Shown in pieces: positions 1 through 8,204 of a stretch of DNA of 41,623 nucleotides. Below the pieces are notes generated by a model. That model worked only from the letters and a program-made list of their open reading frames with translations, searched no databases and was not told where the DNA came from. The position numbers and the translations under genes are program-made. Numbering within the stretch: position 1 is the first letter of the stretch; each line of letters starts with the position of its first letter. The stretch comes from an uncultured Bacilli bacterium (GTDB taxonomy: Bacteria > Bacillota_I > Bacilli_A > RF39 > UBA660), in contig CAKOYC010000001.1 in the NCBI GenBank assembly GCA_934130265.1, positions 1-41,623 on the forward strand. Reading direction: 5' to 3'.

Positions 1-49
1 TAGTTGGATTTGGTAAATAATCATTATTATTTTTAAAAACTCGATAAAT

Positions 50-664
50 TTATACAAATTCTATATCATATTTAGTAGTCACTTTCTTCATTTCTTCATC
101 AAAATAGGCAAATACTCTATCTGGTACTATATCTGTATACTCATAAGGATTATAATAACCAAGTAAAATTATTTTTCTATTATTATATTTTCTAATATTC
201 TTAAGTAAATTATCTAATTCTTGCATTTTTTTAGAAAATATATCTAATACTTTTTTCTCATCTATTATAGATATATCGCTAGTTGACATATTTATCTCAG
301 TCAACAAGTCATTACCACCGATTGATATAGTTACTAAATCTGCTTCTCTTAAACATTTTTTAAAAGATAAAGTCTTATTTTGTCTTGTTAGTATTTGATT
401 CATGTCAAGTTGGTGTTGTAAATCGGCAATTCTAAAACCAGCAAATGCGAAGTCTTTACTATAATTATTAAGTTTATTGTTCTCTTTAAGATAACTAGCT
501 AAATAATCACTATAGCCATAACCTTCTTCATTATAAGCATTTACTCCTAAGGATAGAGAATCCCCTATAGCTAAATAATTAATTTTATCATTATGAAATG
601 TCATATAAATTAAGTAAATTATTAAAAGTAGAAAACAAAAGATAATAAGTTTTTTATGTTTCAT
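50..664 (-). CDS. SGNH/GDSL-family hydrolase, possibly truncated or interrupted at its 3' end
   Basis: N-terminal hydrophobic segment. SGNH block I 'YLAIGDSLSLG' and block III 'ISIGGND' are present. Start moved to ATG 662-664 (MKHKKL...) because AGGTGA lies 4 nt upstream. No Asp-x-x-His block V occurs before the TAA at 50-52. Confidence 0.7.
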   Translation of the reverse strand: MKHKKLIIFCFLLLIIYLIYMTFHNDKINYLAIGDSLSLGVNAYNEEGYGYSDYLASYLKENNKLNNYSKDFAFAGFRIADLQHQLDMNQILTRQNKTLSFKKCLREADLVTISIGGNDLLTEINMSTSDISIIDEKKVLDIFSKKMQELDNLLKNIRKYNNRKIILLGYYNPYEYTDIVPDRVFAYFDEEMKKVTTKYDIEFV

Positions 665-695
665 TTTATCACCTAAAAAAATTAGAGTCATAATA

Positions 696-1949
696 TTATA
701 TTTCTCTAATTTCTACTTTAGCACCAACATTGGTTAATTTTTCTACAATATTTTCATATCCTCTTAAGATATGTTCTACATTAGTTATCTTAGTTGTACC
801 ATCAGCCATCAAACCAGCTATTACTAAGGATGCACCTGCTCTTAAATCAGTTGCTACCACATCACAACCTACTAGTTTTGTAGGACCAATAACCGTAGAT
901 GTTTGATTTTTTACTCGTATATCTGCTCCCATTGAATTTAAATATGGTATGTGCATAAATCTATTTTCATAAATAGTTTCTTCTATTTTACTTTGTCCTT
1001 TACAAGCAGTAAGTAATGGCGTAAGTGGTTGTTGTAAATCTGTTGGAAATCCAGGATATGTCTGTGTCTTAACATGAATTGCTTTATAATTATCTTGTTT
1101 ACTAACAATTATATAATCTGCTCCAATATCAAGAAAAACGCCCATCTCCTCTAGTTTACTAGTTAACGATTCAATATGCTCAGGAATAATATTATCTACT
1201 TTTAAGTTTTCTCCTACAGCAGCTCCTAGAATAACATAAGTTCCAGCTTCTATTCTATCAGGAATCACCTCATGAAAACATTTACCAAGATAAGAAACAC
1301 CTTCTATTTCAATACTTGAAGTACCTGCTCCTCTTATCTTAGCACCCATATTATTTAATAAGGTAGCAACATTTACTATTTCTGGTTCTTTAGCGGCATT
1401 ATCAATAATTGTTTTTCCTTTAGCTTTTACAGCTGCCAACATTATATTAATAGTAGCTCCTACACTAGCAAAATCTAGATAAATATTATTACCTATTAAC
1501 TCATCTGCTTCTACTATATAGCAGTTATCTTTATTAGTTACTTTAGCTCCTAAAGCTTCAAAACCTTTTAAATGTAAATTAATTGGTCTTGCTCCTATAG
1601 AACAACCACCTGGTAATGACATAGTAACCTTCTTATATTTACCTAGTAAAGCTCCCATAAAATAATATGAAGCTCTAAGTTTCTTTGCTAAAGAAGCTGG
1701 TATTTCTTTATTTTCTAACTCTTTTGAATCTATTACAATAGTTTCACTAGCTCTTTTAACCTTTGCTCCTAAAAAAGATAATATTTCACATAATGCTTCT
1801 GTATCAGTAATATCTGGTACATTGCAAATAGTTACTTCTTCATCTGATAATATGGCTGCAGGTATTAAAGCCACAGCACTATTTTTAGCACCACTAACTC
1901 TAATGGTACCAGTTAACTTATTTCCACCATTAATTTCTAATAACTTCAT
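696..1949 (-). CDS. murA: UDP-N-acetylglucosamine 1-carboxyvinyltransferase
   Basis: 417 aa. N-terminus 'GGNKLTGTIRVSGAKNSAVALIPAAIL' and active-site loop 'LPGGCSIGARPI' with the catalytic Cys are typical MurA. Confidence 0.95.
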   Translation of the reverse strand: MKLLEINGGNKLTGTIRVSGAKNSAVALIPAAILSDEEVTICNVPDITDTEALCEILSFLGAKVKRASETIVIDSKELENKEIPASLAKKLRASYYFMGALLGKYKKVTMSLPGGCSIGARPINLHLKGFEALGAKVTNKDNCYIVEADELIGNNIYLDFASVGATINIMLAAVKAKGKTIIDNAAKEPEIVNVATLLNNMGAKIRGAGTSSIEIEGVSYLGKCFHEVIPDRIEAGTYVILGAAVGENLKVDNIIPEHIESLTSKLEEMGVFLDIGADYIIVSKQDNYKAIHVKTQTYPGFPTDLQQPLTPLLTACKGQSKIEETIYENRFMHIPYLNSMGADIRVKNQTSTVIGPTKLVGCDVVATDLRAGASLVIAGLMADGTTKITNVEHILRGYENIVEKLTNVGAKVEIREI

Positions 1950-2051
1950 ATATCTTACTCTCTTTCGCTATATTATATTAGTATTTTAAAATTTGTTTCC
2001 AACTAGACTTAAAAATAAATAAATCACTCTAAAAACTGTATCTCTACTAAT

Positions 2052-2080
2052 ATAATAAAGAAAAACAAGTAATTTGTCAA
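2052..2080 (-). promoter_or_regulatory. Candidate sigma-A promoter upstream of murA
   Basis: On the - strand: TTGACA (2075-2080), 17-nt spacer, TATTAT (2052-2057). It lies directly after the small-ORF terminator and would give a ~100-nt murA leader. Confidence 0.4.
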
Positions 2081-2113
2081 AAAAAAGAAACGAAAAATTC
2101 TAAATTTTCGTTA
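2081..2113 (-). terminator. Rho-independent terminator after the 50-aa ORF
   Basis: 8-bp stem AACGAAAA/TTTTCGTT (2089-2096 with 2105-2112) and an 8-nt loop. On the - strand it is followed by TCTTTTTT (complement of 2081-2088). The stem includes the stop codon. Confidence 0.55.
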
Positions 2114-2263
2114 AAATCTTTCATTTTCTTGATTTTCTAATTCATCTTTAGGACAATCTTCTTGTCTACTAAACATTTCTTTTTCATTTACTTCTTTTGC
2201 AGATGGACAATTTCTATTTTGACTTTTTTCCTTCTGCTTACTATTATTGTTTTTATTTTTCAT
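2111..2263 (-). CDS. Small hypothetical protein (50 aa), below the ORF-track size cutoff
   Basis: Hand translation: MKNKNNNSKQKEKSQNRNCPSAKEVNEKEMFSRQEDCPKDELENQENERF. Strong SD GGGAGG lies 5 nt before the ATG (2261-2263), and a terminator hairpin follows the stop. Confidence 0.5.
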   Translation of the reverse strand: MKNKNNNSKQKEKSQNRNCPSAKEVNEKEMFSRQEDCPKDELENQENERF

Positions 2264-2309
2264 TTTTACCTCCCTTATTACTATTAACATTATTTTTATA
2301 AATATACTT

Positions 2310-2852
2310 CTAAAATGAAATAAGTAAATATTTTATTCCAAGTATTAACAAAATTATACTTCCAAAGATATTAGCAATCTTACCAAATCTAATAGTTAAT
2401 CTCTTACCACAATCTAATCCTATTTTTGTAAATAAAAAACTAAATATAGAGAATAACAATCCACATAAAACAGTATTTTCTTCGTGTATACCTAATCCTA
2501 TACCTACTGAAAAACTATCTATACTTACACTAAATGCAAATAATAAAGCTTGATAAAAACTAGTTATTTTAATCTTTCTTGCATCTAAATCTTTTAAGCT
2601 CAAGAGCATTTCACTAGCTAATATAGTAAAAATTATACCTACTAACAAATCAGGATTAGGTAAGAACGATTCTAAAAGAAATAAACCAATTAAATTACCA
2701 AGTATAGGCATAAAAAAATGAAATGATCCTACCATTGCACTTAATAAGTTAGTCATTTTCTTATCAAGACCTAATGTCCCATAAATTATAGCTAGAGAAA
2801 AAGCATCCATACTTAGACTAATAGAGATTATTATTAATTGTCCTAAATTCAT
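2310..2852 (-). CDS. mntP: Manganese efflux pump MntP family (YwlD/DUF204) membrane protein
   Basis: Multi-TM protein with duplicated 'SMDAFSLAI' / 'SIDSFSVGIGLG' motifs typical of MntP. Start set at MNLGQL (ATG 2850-2852) rather than the upstream in-frame start. Synteny prfA-prmC-spoIIR-ywlD matches B. subtilis. Confidence 0.8.
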   Translation of the reverse strand: MNLGQLIIISISLSMDAFSLAIIYGTLGLDKKMTNLLSAMVGSFHFFMPILGNLIGLFLLESFLPNPDLLVGIIFTILASEMLLSLKDLDARKIKITSFYQALLFAFSVSIDSFSVGIGLGIHEENTVLCGLLFSIFSFLFTKIGLDCGKRLTIRFGKIANIFGSIILLILGIKYLLISF

Positions 2853-2891
2853 AGCACCACCTACTAAGAATTTATGTAAATAACCCACCTA

Positions 2892-3410
2892 TTAGAAGTA
2901 TTTTTCTAGCATATCTTTAATGTATAGTCGATACTCTACATCTGTTTTTTTATCATTTTCTATAAGACAAAATGGGGGAAATAACACACACCACCAGTTA
3001 TCACCTTTCCCATCTCCAATGGTAACCACTAAAGATTCATAATATCCTTCTTTATAGGTGATACCCTTATATTCTTTTTTAGGAAAGTAGTTTAATCCAT
3101 AATTAATGTTATAAATATCATTACTCTTATTTGTTAATAAAGTATTTCTAACATTAGTTGAAAAATTATTTTGATTAGATTTTAATAGTCTCCTAGATTC
3201 ATCAATAGACTTACTATTTTTTAATAATTTACTTATCTCTACTTGTAAGTTATCTTTAACCTTCATCTTTATCTTTTGGTCTTCTTTACTATTAGATTTT
3301 GCTACTACTCTAAACCTAATAGCTTCATCAGGTATAACAATTTCTTCTCCTTTAATATAACTAGCCAAAGAGATAATGATTAGACTTATAATTATTAGAA
3401 ATTTCTTCAT
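2892..3410 (-). CDS. spoIIR: Stage II sporulation protein R
   Basis: 'IRFRVVAKSNSKEDQKIKMKVKDNL' and 'GDGKGDNWWCVLFPPFC' match SpoIIR signature regions. N-terminal signal/TM segment present. Start set at ATG 3408-3410 (MKKFL) with GGGTGA upstream. Confidence 0.85.
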   Translation of the reverse strand: MKKFLIIISLIIISLASYIKGEEIVIPDEAIRFRVVAKSNSKEDQKIKMKVKDNLQVEISKLLKNSKSIDESRRLLKSNQNNFSTNVRNTLLTNKSNDIYNINYGLNYFPKKEYKGITYKEGYYESLVVTIGDGKGDNWWCVLFPPFCLIENDKKTDVEYRLYIKDMLEKYF

Positions 3411-3460
3411 TAAAAAAATCACCCTTTTTCTAATATATTAATGGTGACTTTTTATTATTT

Positions 3461-4288
3461 TTAATCAATTTTATTTCTAACAAATATCATTCTATTTCGA
3501 CCATACAAATCTTTTTTACAAATAATTTCTACATCTTTAAGATACTTTTCTACGATATCATAAATTTCTTCTTTTTGACTTTCTCCTATTTCAAAAGCTA
3601 TTAAAAATTTATCATTTAAATACGGTTTAATATTAGCTAATATTTTTCTATAGCAATCAAGACCATCTACACCTCCATAAAGTGCTAAAGATGGCTCATT
3701 ATCCCTTACTATTTCTTCTATTTCTTCATCAGTTCTTATATATGGTGGATTAGAAACAATAATATCATACTTATCTAGTCCTACATTAGAAAACCAATCA
3801 CTTTCGATAAATGTAACATCAAGATTAAGATTATTAGCATTTAATTTAGCCACTTCTAAAGCTTCTTTTGATATATCTATTAGTGTTACCTCACTATCTT
3901 TTAAGATACTTTTAAGAGTAAGTCCAATTGCTCCACTACCACAACCTAAATCTAATATTTTAATTTTATCTTTGTTCAAGCTTTTAGCATATTCTACTAC
4001 CTGCTCTACCAGTTCTTCTGTCTCAAATCGTGGTATCAACACATTTTTATTAACAATAAACTTAAGTCCATAGAAATTAACATTACCAATAACATATTGA
4101 ATAGGCTTATTTTCTTTTAAAGCTTCTAATGATGATTTATATAGTTTTTCTATATCACTATCTACCTCTTTATCTAGAATGGTTAATAATTCTAAAGGAT
4201 TAACATCTAAATACGAAGAAAGTAGCATCTTAGCATGATCACTACTCGTCTTACCCTTACCATATACAATTAATTCTTCAACTGTCAT
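3461..4288 (-). CDS. prmC: Release-factor glutamine N5-methyltransferase (HemK/PrmC)
   Basis: SAM motif 'ILDLGCGSGAIG' and catalytic 'NPPY'. TAATG overlap with prfA upstream. Confidence 0.9.
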   Translation of the reverse strand: MTVEELIVYGKGKTSSDHAKMLLSSYLDVNPLELLTILDKEVDSDIEKLYKSSLEALKENKPIQYVIGNVNFYGLKFIVNKNVLIPRFETEELVEQVVEYAKSLNKDKIKILDLGCGSGAIGLTLKSILKDSEVTLIDISKEALEVAKLNANNLNLDVTFIESDWFSNVGLDKYDIIVSNPPYIRTDEEIEEIVRDNEPSLALYGGVDGLDCYRKILANIKPYLNDKFLIAFEIGESQKEEIYDIVEKYLKDVEIICKKDLYGRNRMIFVRNKID

Positions 4289-5349
4289 TATGCTTCTTCA
4301 CCAGCTAATTTTCTTCTTTGATCTTCCATCGTCAAAGCATCTATTATCTCATCTAGTTGTCCATTCATTACTCTATCTAAACTATTAGTAGTAAAACCAA
4401 TACGATGATCTGTTACTCTATTTTGTGGATAGTTATAAGTTCTTATCTTTTCAGCTCTATCTCCTGTACCTATCTTACTTCTTCTTTCACTACCAAGTTC
4501 TTGGTCATGTTTCTGTTGTTCTAAATCATAAAGTCTTGCTTTTAATACTTTCATCGCTTGTTCCTTATTTTGAATTTGACTTCTCTCATTTTGACAAGTT
4601 ACTACTGTATTAGTAGGTAAATGGGTAATTCTAACAGCACTATCTGTAGTATTTACTCCTTGACCACCACAACCTGATGATCTAAAGATATCAATTCTTA
4701 AATCTTTTGGATCAATCGTAATATTAACATCTTCTGCTTCTGGCATTACTAAAACAGTAGCTGTTGAAGTTTGAATTCTTCCATTGCTTTCTGTAACTGG
4801 TACTCTTTGTACTCTATGTGATCCACTTTCATATTTAAGTTTAGAATATGCACCTTGCCCTTTAATCATAAATTCTATTTGACTAAATCCACCTGCAGTT
4901 CCTTCAACAGCATTAATTATTTCTATCTTTAAACCTATTCTTTCTGCATATCTTGAATACATTCTAAACAAATCACCTGCAAAGATATTAGCTTCATCTC
5001 CACCAGCTGCTCCCCTTATTTCCATAATAACGTTTTTAGAATCATTAGGATCCTTTGGTATTAATAATATTTCTAGATTCTTTTCAATGTTTTCTTTTTC
5101 TTCTTCTAAACTTTTTAATTCATCTTTAGCTATTTCTTTTAGTTCATCATCATTTAACATTTCTTTAGTATCTACAATAGATTCTAATACTTTTTTATAT
5201 TTCTTATATTCTGTTACTACTTCTTCTAAATCTGCTATCTCTTTAGATATCTCCCTTGTTTTATTAATATTCTTTAAAACGTCTTCACTCATTAGTTCAG
5301 TTTGTAATTGATTATATTTAGTAAGCGTAGCTTCTAATCTTTCTATCAT
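4288..5349 (-). CDS. prfA: Peptide chain release factor 1
   Basis: 'SGCGGQGVNTTDSAVRITHLPT' (GGQ motif) and the RF1-type 'PVTES' tripeptide-region context. Confidence 0.97.
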   Translation of the reverse strand: MIERLEATLTKYNQLQTELMSEDVLKNINKTREISKEIADLEEVVTEYKKYKKVLESIVDTKEMLNDDELKEIAKDELKSLEEEKENIEKNLEILLIPKDPNDSKNVIMEIRGAAGGDEANIFAGDLFRMYSRYAERIGLKIEIINAVEGTAGGFSQIEFMIKGQGAYSKLKYESGSHRVQRVPVTESNGRIQTSTATVLVMPEAEDVNITIDPKDLRIDIFRSSGCGGQGVNTTDSAVRITHLPTNTVVTCQNERSQIQNKEQAMKVLKARLYDLEQQKHDQELGSERRSKIGTGDRAEKIRTYNYPQNRVTDHRIGFTTNSLDRVMNGQLDEIIDALTMEDQRRKLAGEEA

Positions 5350-5387
5350 CTAAATCAAGTCCTTTCTTTGTCTGACTGTCGAGCTAA

Positions 5388-5417
5388 TTATATCATAGTT
5401 ACAACATCTCTTGCAAA
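5388..5417 (-). promoter_or_regulatory. Candidate sigma-A promoter for prfA-prmC-spoIIR-mntP
   Basis: - strand: TTGCAA (5412-5417), then extended -10 TGATATAAT (complement of 5388-5396). Confidence 0.45.
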
Positions 5418-5435
5418 TAATTTAAAGAAAAAGAA

Positions 5436-5882
5436 CTACTCATTTTCTAGTTCTTCTTCATCAACGACAACCAAGTCTTTTAAATCTTCATTAGGATCAA
5501 CATAATCATCATCGTCATCAGCATCTCCTGAATCATAATTATCTTCTTCCATATCATCAGTAATCATGTCATCCTTTATTTCATCTGATTCTTCATCATC
5601 ATCTTCTTCATCTTCAATTTTAGCTATTTTATCAGATGTATGACGACTTCTTAAATCCCAACAACCATCTTCTAACATGATAAAACGTTTATCCGTAGTA
5701 AGTGATGTATAATAATCTCCTATTTTCTCTTCAAAAGTACTACTTGGAAGTTCTAACAAAGTTACAATGCTTTTAAAAAGCTCAGCAGTATTTTGCTTTC
5801 CTTGCTCCTCTAAAAGATAAAATGTGATGTCTTTATTTGACAATAGTTCTAATTCTTCTTTTTTCATTTCTGACAACTTCAT
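5436..5882 (-). CDS. rpoE: DNA-directed RNA polymerase delta subunit
   Basis: N-terminal HARE-HTH-like region 'ELELLSNKDITFYLLEE...YYTSLTTDKRFIMLEDGCWDLR' followed by a long D/E-rich acidic tail. Confidence 0.85.
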   Translation of the reverse strand: MKLSEMKKEELELLSNKDITFYLLEEQGKQNTAELFKSIVTLLELPSSTFEEKIGDYYTSLTTDKRFIMLEDGCWDLRSRHTSDKIAKIEDEEDDDEESDEIKDDMITDDMEEDNYDSGDADDDDDYVDPNEDLKDLVVVDEEELENE

Positions 5883-5947
5883 TTCTTTTCCTCCCGTATT
5901 AAAGTCTATTCAAAATGAATTTCTTCTTAATATTCAAATCATATAAA

Positions 5948-5976
5948 CTTATATCATTTTTTATTAGCAATTGCAA
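5948..5976 (-). promoter_or_regulatory. Candidate sigma-A promoter for rpoE
   Basis: - strand: TTGCAA (5971-5976), 17-nt spacer ending in TGA, TATAAG (complement of 5948-5953). Confidence 0.4.
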
Positions 5977-5992
5977 TACTTTTTTATATACT

Positions 5993-7738
5993 TTACATTT
6001 TTTCAGGTATTTCAATTCCTAAAATAGTCAATAACTCTACATTTGTATCATATACATTTTTTGTTAAAAGTAACCAGTTTTCTTGAATATTTTTATCTTT
6101 TTCTGTTAAAACATGACATTTTTCATAGAATTTACTATAGGTACTAGTAAGTTGATATAAATAATCTGATATTACATTTAATTCTTTTGTATCATATGCT
6201 TTATGTAATACTTTATTCTTAGCTAGTAATAATGTTATTAATTCTTTTTCTACTTCTTCACTAATTTTTGTATATTTACTATAATCTAAATTATTTTCTT
6301 TTGCTTTCTTTAATAGTGATTTCATTCTTATAGTAGTATATAAAAGATATGGACCAGTTTTTCCTTCAACATCAACAAACTTTTTAGGATCAAAGATATA
6401 ATCAGTTGTTCTATTTGATAATAAATCAGCATATTTAATAGCTGCTACTGCTATTTGTTCAATTATTTCATCTTTATTTTCTTCAGTTTCTAAGTTATGA
6501 GAATGATTTGCTACTTCTTCTTTTACTTCTTTTAAAAGGCTTTTTAAGGATAAAGCACCTCCATCTCTTGTCTTAAATGGTTTACCATCTGGACCATTCA
6601 TTGTTCCAAATCCAAAGAATTCTAACTTAGTATCATCACTTACTATTTTAGTCTTATGAGCTGCTCTAAATACTTGTTCAAAATAAAGACCTTGTCTTAA
6701 ATCAGTTAAATACCACATTTCATCAGGATTAAAACGTTTAACTCTTGATACCATAGTTGCTAACTCACGAGTAGCATATAAAGTTGCTCCATTACTCTTT
6801 ACTACTACAAGGTCAGGCATAGGAGCTTTATCAGTATCTTCTTTTATTTCAATTATTTCTGCTCCTTCACTTTTCTTTAAGTAACCATCTTTTCTTAACT
6901 CTTCTAGCATAGGCATCATATAAGAATAACAGTCACTTTCACCTTCCCACAAGTCAAAGTCAGTATTAAACTTTTTATAAACTTCTTTAATATCTTCTAT
7001 TGATAATTTTTTAATCTTATCCCATAAAGCTACATAACTAGGTTTACCTTCTTCTAACTCTTTAGTAATAAGTCTTACCTCTTCCATGATGTTTTCATCT
7101 TCTTTAGCTTTAGTACTAGCTACTGGATATATTTCTTCTAAATCTTTAGCTGTTATGGGTAACTCATCCCAGTTATCACTTTCTTCTTCTTTAAAATAAT
7201 TAAGATTAGGATATCTATTTCTTAACTCATAAATAACCATTCCAGACTGTCTACCAATATCCCCAAAATGAACATCGCAGATAACTTCTTGTCCAAGTCT
7301 TTTAGTTAATCTTTTTATAGATTCCCCAATATTAGCACTTCTTAAATGACCAACATGAAGAGTCTTAGCAATATTAGCTCCTCCATAATCTAAAAATATC
7401 TTTTTATTAACTAACTTATCAACATCTTTTGAATCACTATTATAATAGTCATTTACAAATTCTACTAACAACTCATCTTTTAAAGTAACATTAAGAAATC
7501 CAACTGCTGCTATTTCTACTTTAGAAAAATAATTACTTTCTTCTAAAACTTTCTTCATATCTTCAGCAATAAGCATTGGACTCTTATGTAATATTTTAGC
7601 AAGACTCATCGCATCATTTAACTGATAATCTCCCAAATCTTTACGTTTACTTTCTAATAAAGTTACTTTTTCGATTGGAATAGATGCTTCATTCATCTTC
7701 TTTGTTAAATCTTCTTCTATTGTTTTTAATAAACTCAT
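5993..7738 (-). CDS. argS: Arginine--tRNA ligase
   Basis: 581 aa. Class I HIGH motif 'HVGHLRS'. Length and C-terminal anticodon-binding region are typical of ArgS. Confidence 0.95.
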   Translation of the reverse strand: MSLLKTIEEDLTKKMNEASIPIEKVTLLESKRKDLGDYQLNDAMSLAKILHKSPMLIAEDMKKVLEESNYFSKVEIAAVGFLNVTLKDELLVEFVNDYYNSDSKDVDKLVNKKIFLDYGGANIAKTLHVGHLRSANIGESIKRLTKRLGQEVICDVHFGDIGRQSGMVIYELRNRYPNLNYFKEEESDNWDELPITAKDLEEIYPVASTKAKEDENIMEEVRLITKELEEGKPSYVALWDKIKKLSIEDIKEVYKKFNTDFDLWEGESDCYSYMMPMLEELRKDGYLKKSEGAEIIEIKEDTDKAPMPDLVVVKSNGATLYATRELATMVSRVKRFNPDEMWYLTDLRQGLYFEQVFRAAHKTKIVSDDTKLEFFGFGTMNGPDGKPFKTRDGGALSLKSLLKEVKEEVANHSHNLETEENKDEIIEQIAVAAIKYADLLSNRTTDYIFDPKKFVDVEGKTGPYLLYTTIRMKSLLKKAKENNLDYSKYTKISEEVEKELITLLLAKNKVLHKAYDTKELNVISDYLYQLTSTYSKFYEKCHVLTEKDKNIQENWLLLTKNVYDTNVELLTILGIEIPEKM

Positions 7739-7739
7739 A

Positions 7740-8099
7740 TTAAACCTCCCACTCTATACTATATTCATGGTCAAAATCATTTCCATCAATTCTATATATT
7801 ACTAAAAAGGAATTAACTCCTTCTTTTATTTGTTTAGTCTTCATTCCTACTGTTCCACACTGCTTTGTATCTTTAAGATATATTTCAAAAGAATTATCTA
7901 CATTTTCTAAAAATTTATAACTAAGAATGGCGTCTTCTGTCTCTCTTAACAATATTTTATCTTTTAAATATATTGTTAATAATGCATGTTCATCCTGATA
8001 TTGAATTACTTGTTTTTTTCTATCAAAATCTGCTTTTCCTTCAAAGGTTAAAACATCATCATTAGTTCTTAACTTAGCAATTAATTTAACTTCTTCCAT
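7740..8099 (-). CDS. DUF1934 (YwiB-like) small beta-barrel protein
   Basis: 119 aa, immediately upstream of argS (1-nt gap), as ywiB is in B. subtilis. The assignment rests mostly on synteny and size. Confidence 0.55.
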   Translation of the reverse strand: MEEVKLIAKLRTNDDVLTFEGKADFDRKKQVIQYQDEHALLTIYLKDKILLRETEDAILSYKFLENVDNSFEIYLKDTKQCGTVGMKTKQIKEGVNSFLVIYRIDGNDFDHEYSIEWEV

Positions 8100-8125
8100 A
8101 TTATTTCCCTTTCATTCAGGTAATA

Positions 8126-8154
8126 TTATAGCAACGAATTAAATTTCTTACAAG
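8126..8154 (-). promoter_or_regulatory. Candidate sigma-A promoter for DUF1934-argS
   Basis: - strand: TTGTAA (complement of 8149-8154), 17-nt spacer, TATAAT (complement of 8126-8131). The leader is only ~25 nt. Confidence 0.5.
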
Positions 8155-8204
8155 ATTATTGTTATTTTTAAAGAGATTGGACAAGCTAAATGTAGGTGAT
8201 TTAA

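Noticed and set aside
2853-2900. yybP-ykoY manganese riboswitch expected upstream of mntP
   Set aside because: mntP starts within ~40 nt of the spoIIR stop, or 3 nt if the longer start is used. There is no room for a ~100-nt riboswitch.
4425-5311. Antisense ORFs in prfA (4425-4613 +, 5087-5311 +)
   Set aside because: They are shadow ORFs opposite a conserved gene. The peptides are low-complexity S/F/L sequence.
8100-8204. T-box leader upstream of DUF1934-argS
   Set aside because: The predicted promoter leaves only a ~25-nt leader. No specifier or T-box sequence (AANNNGGGTGGTACCGCG-like) is present.
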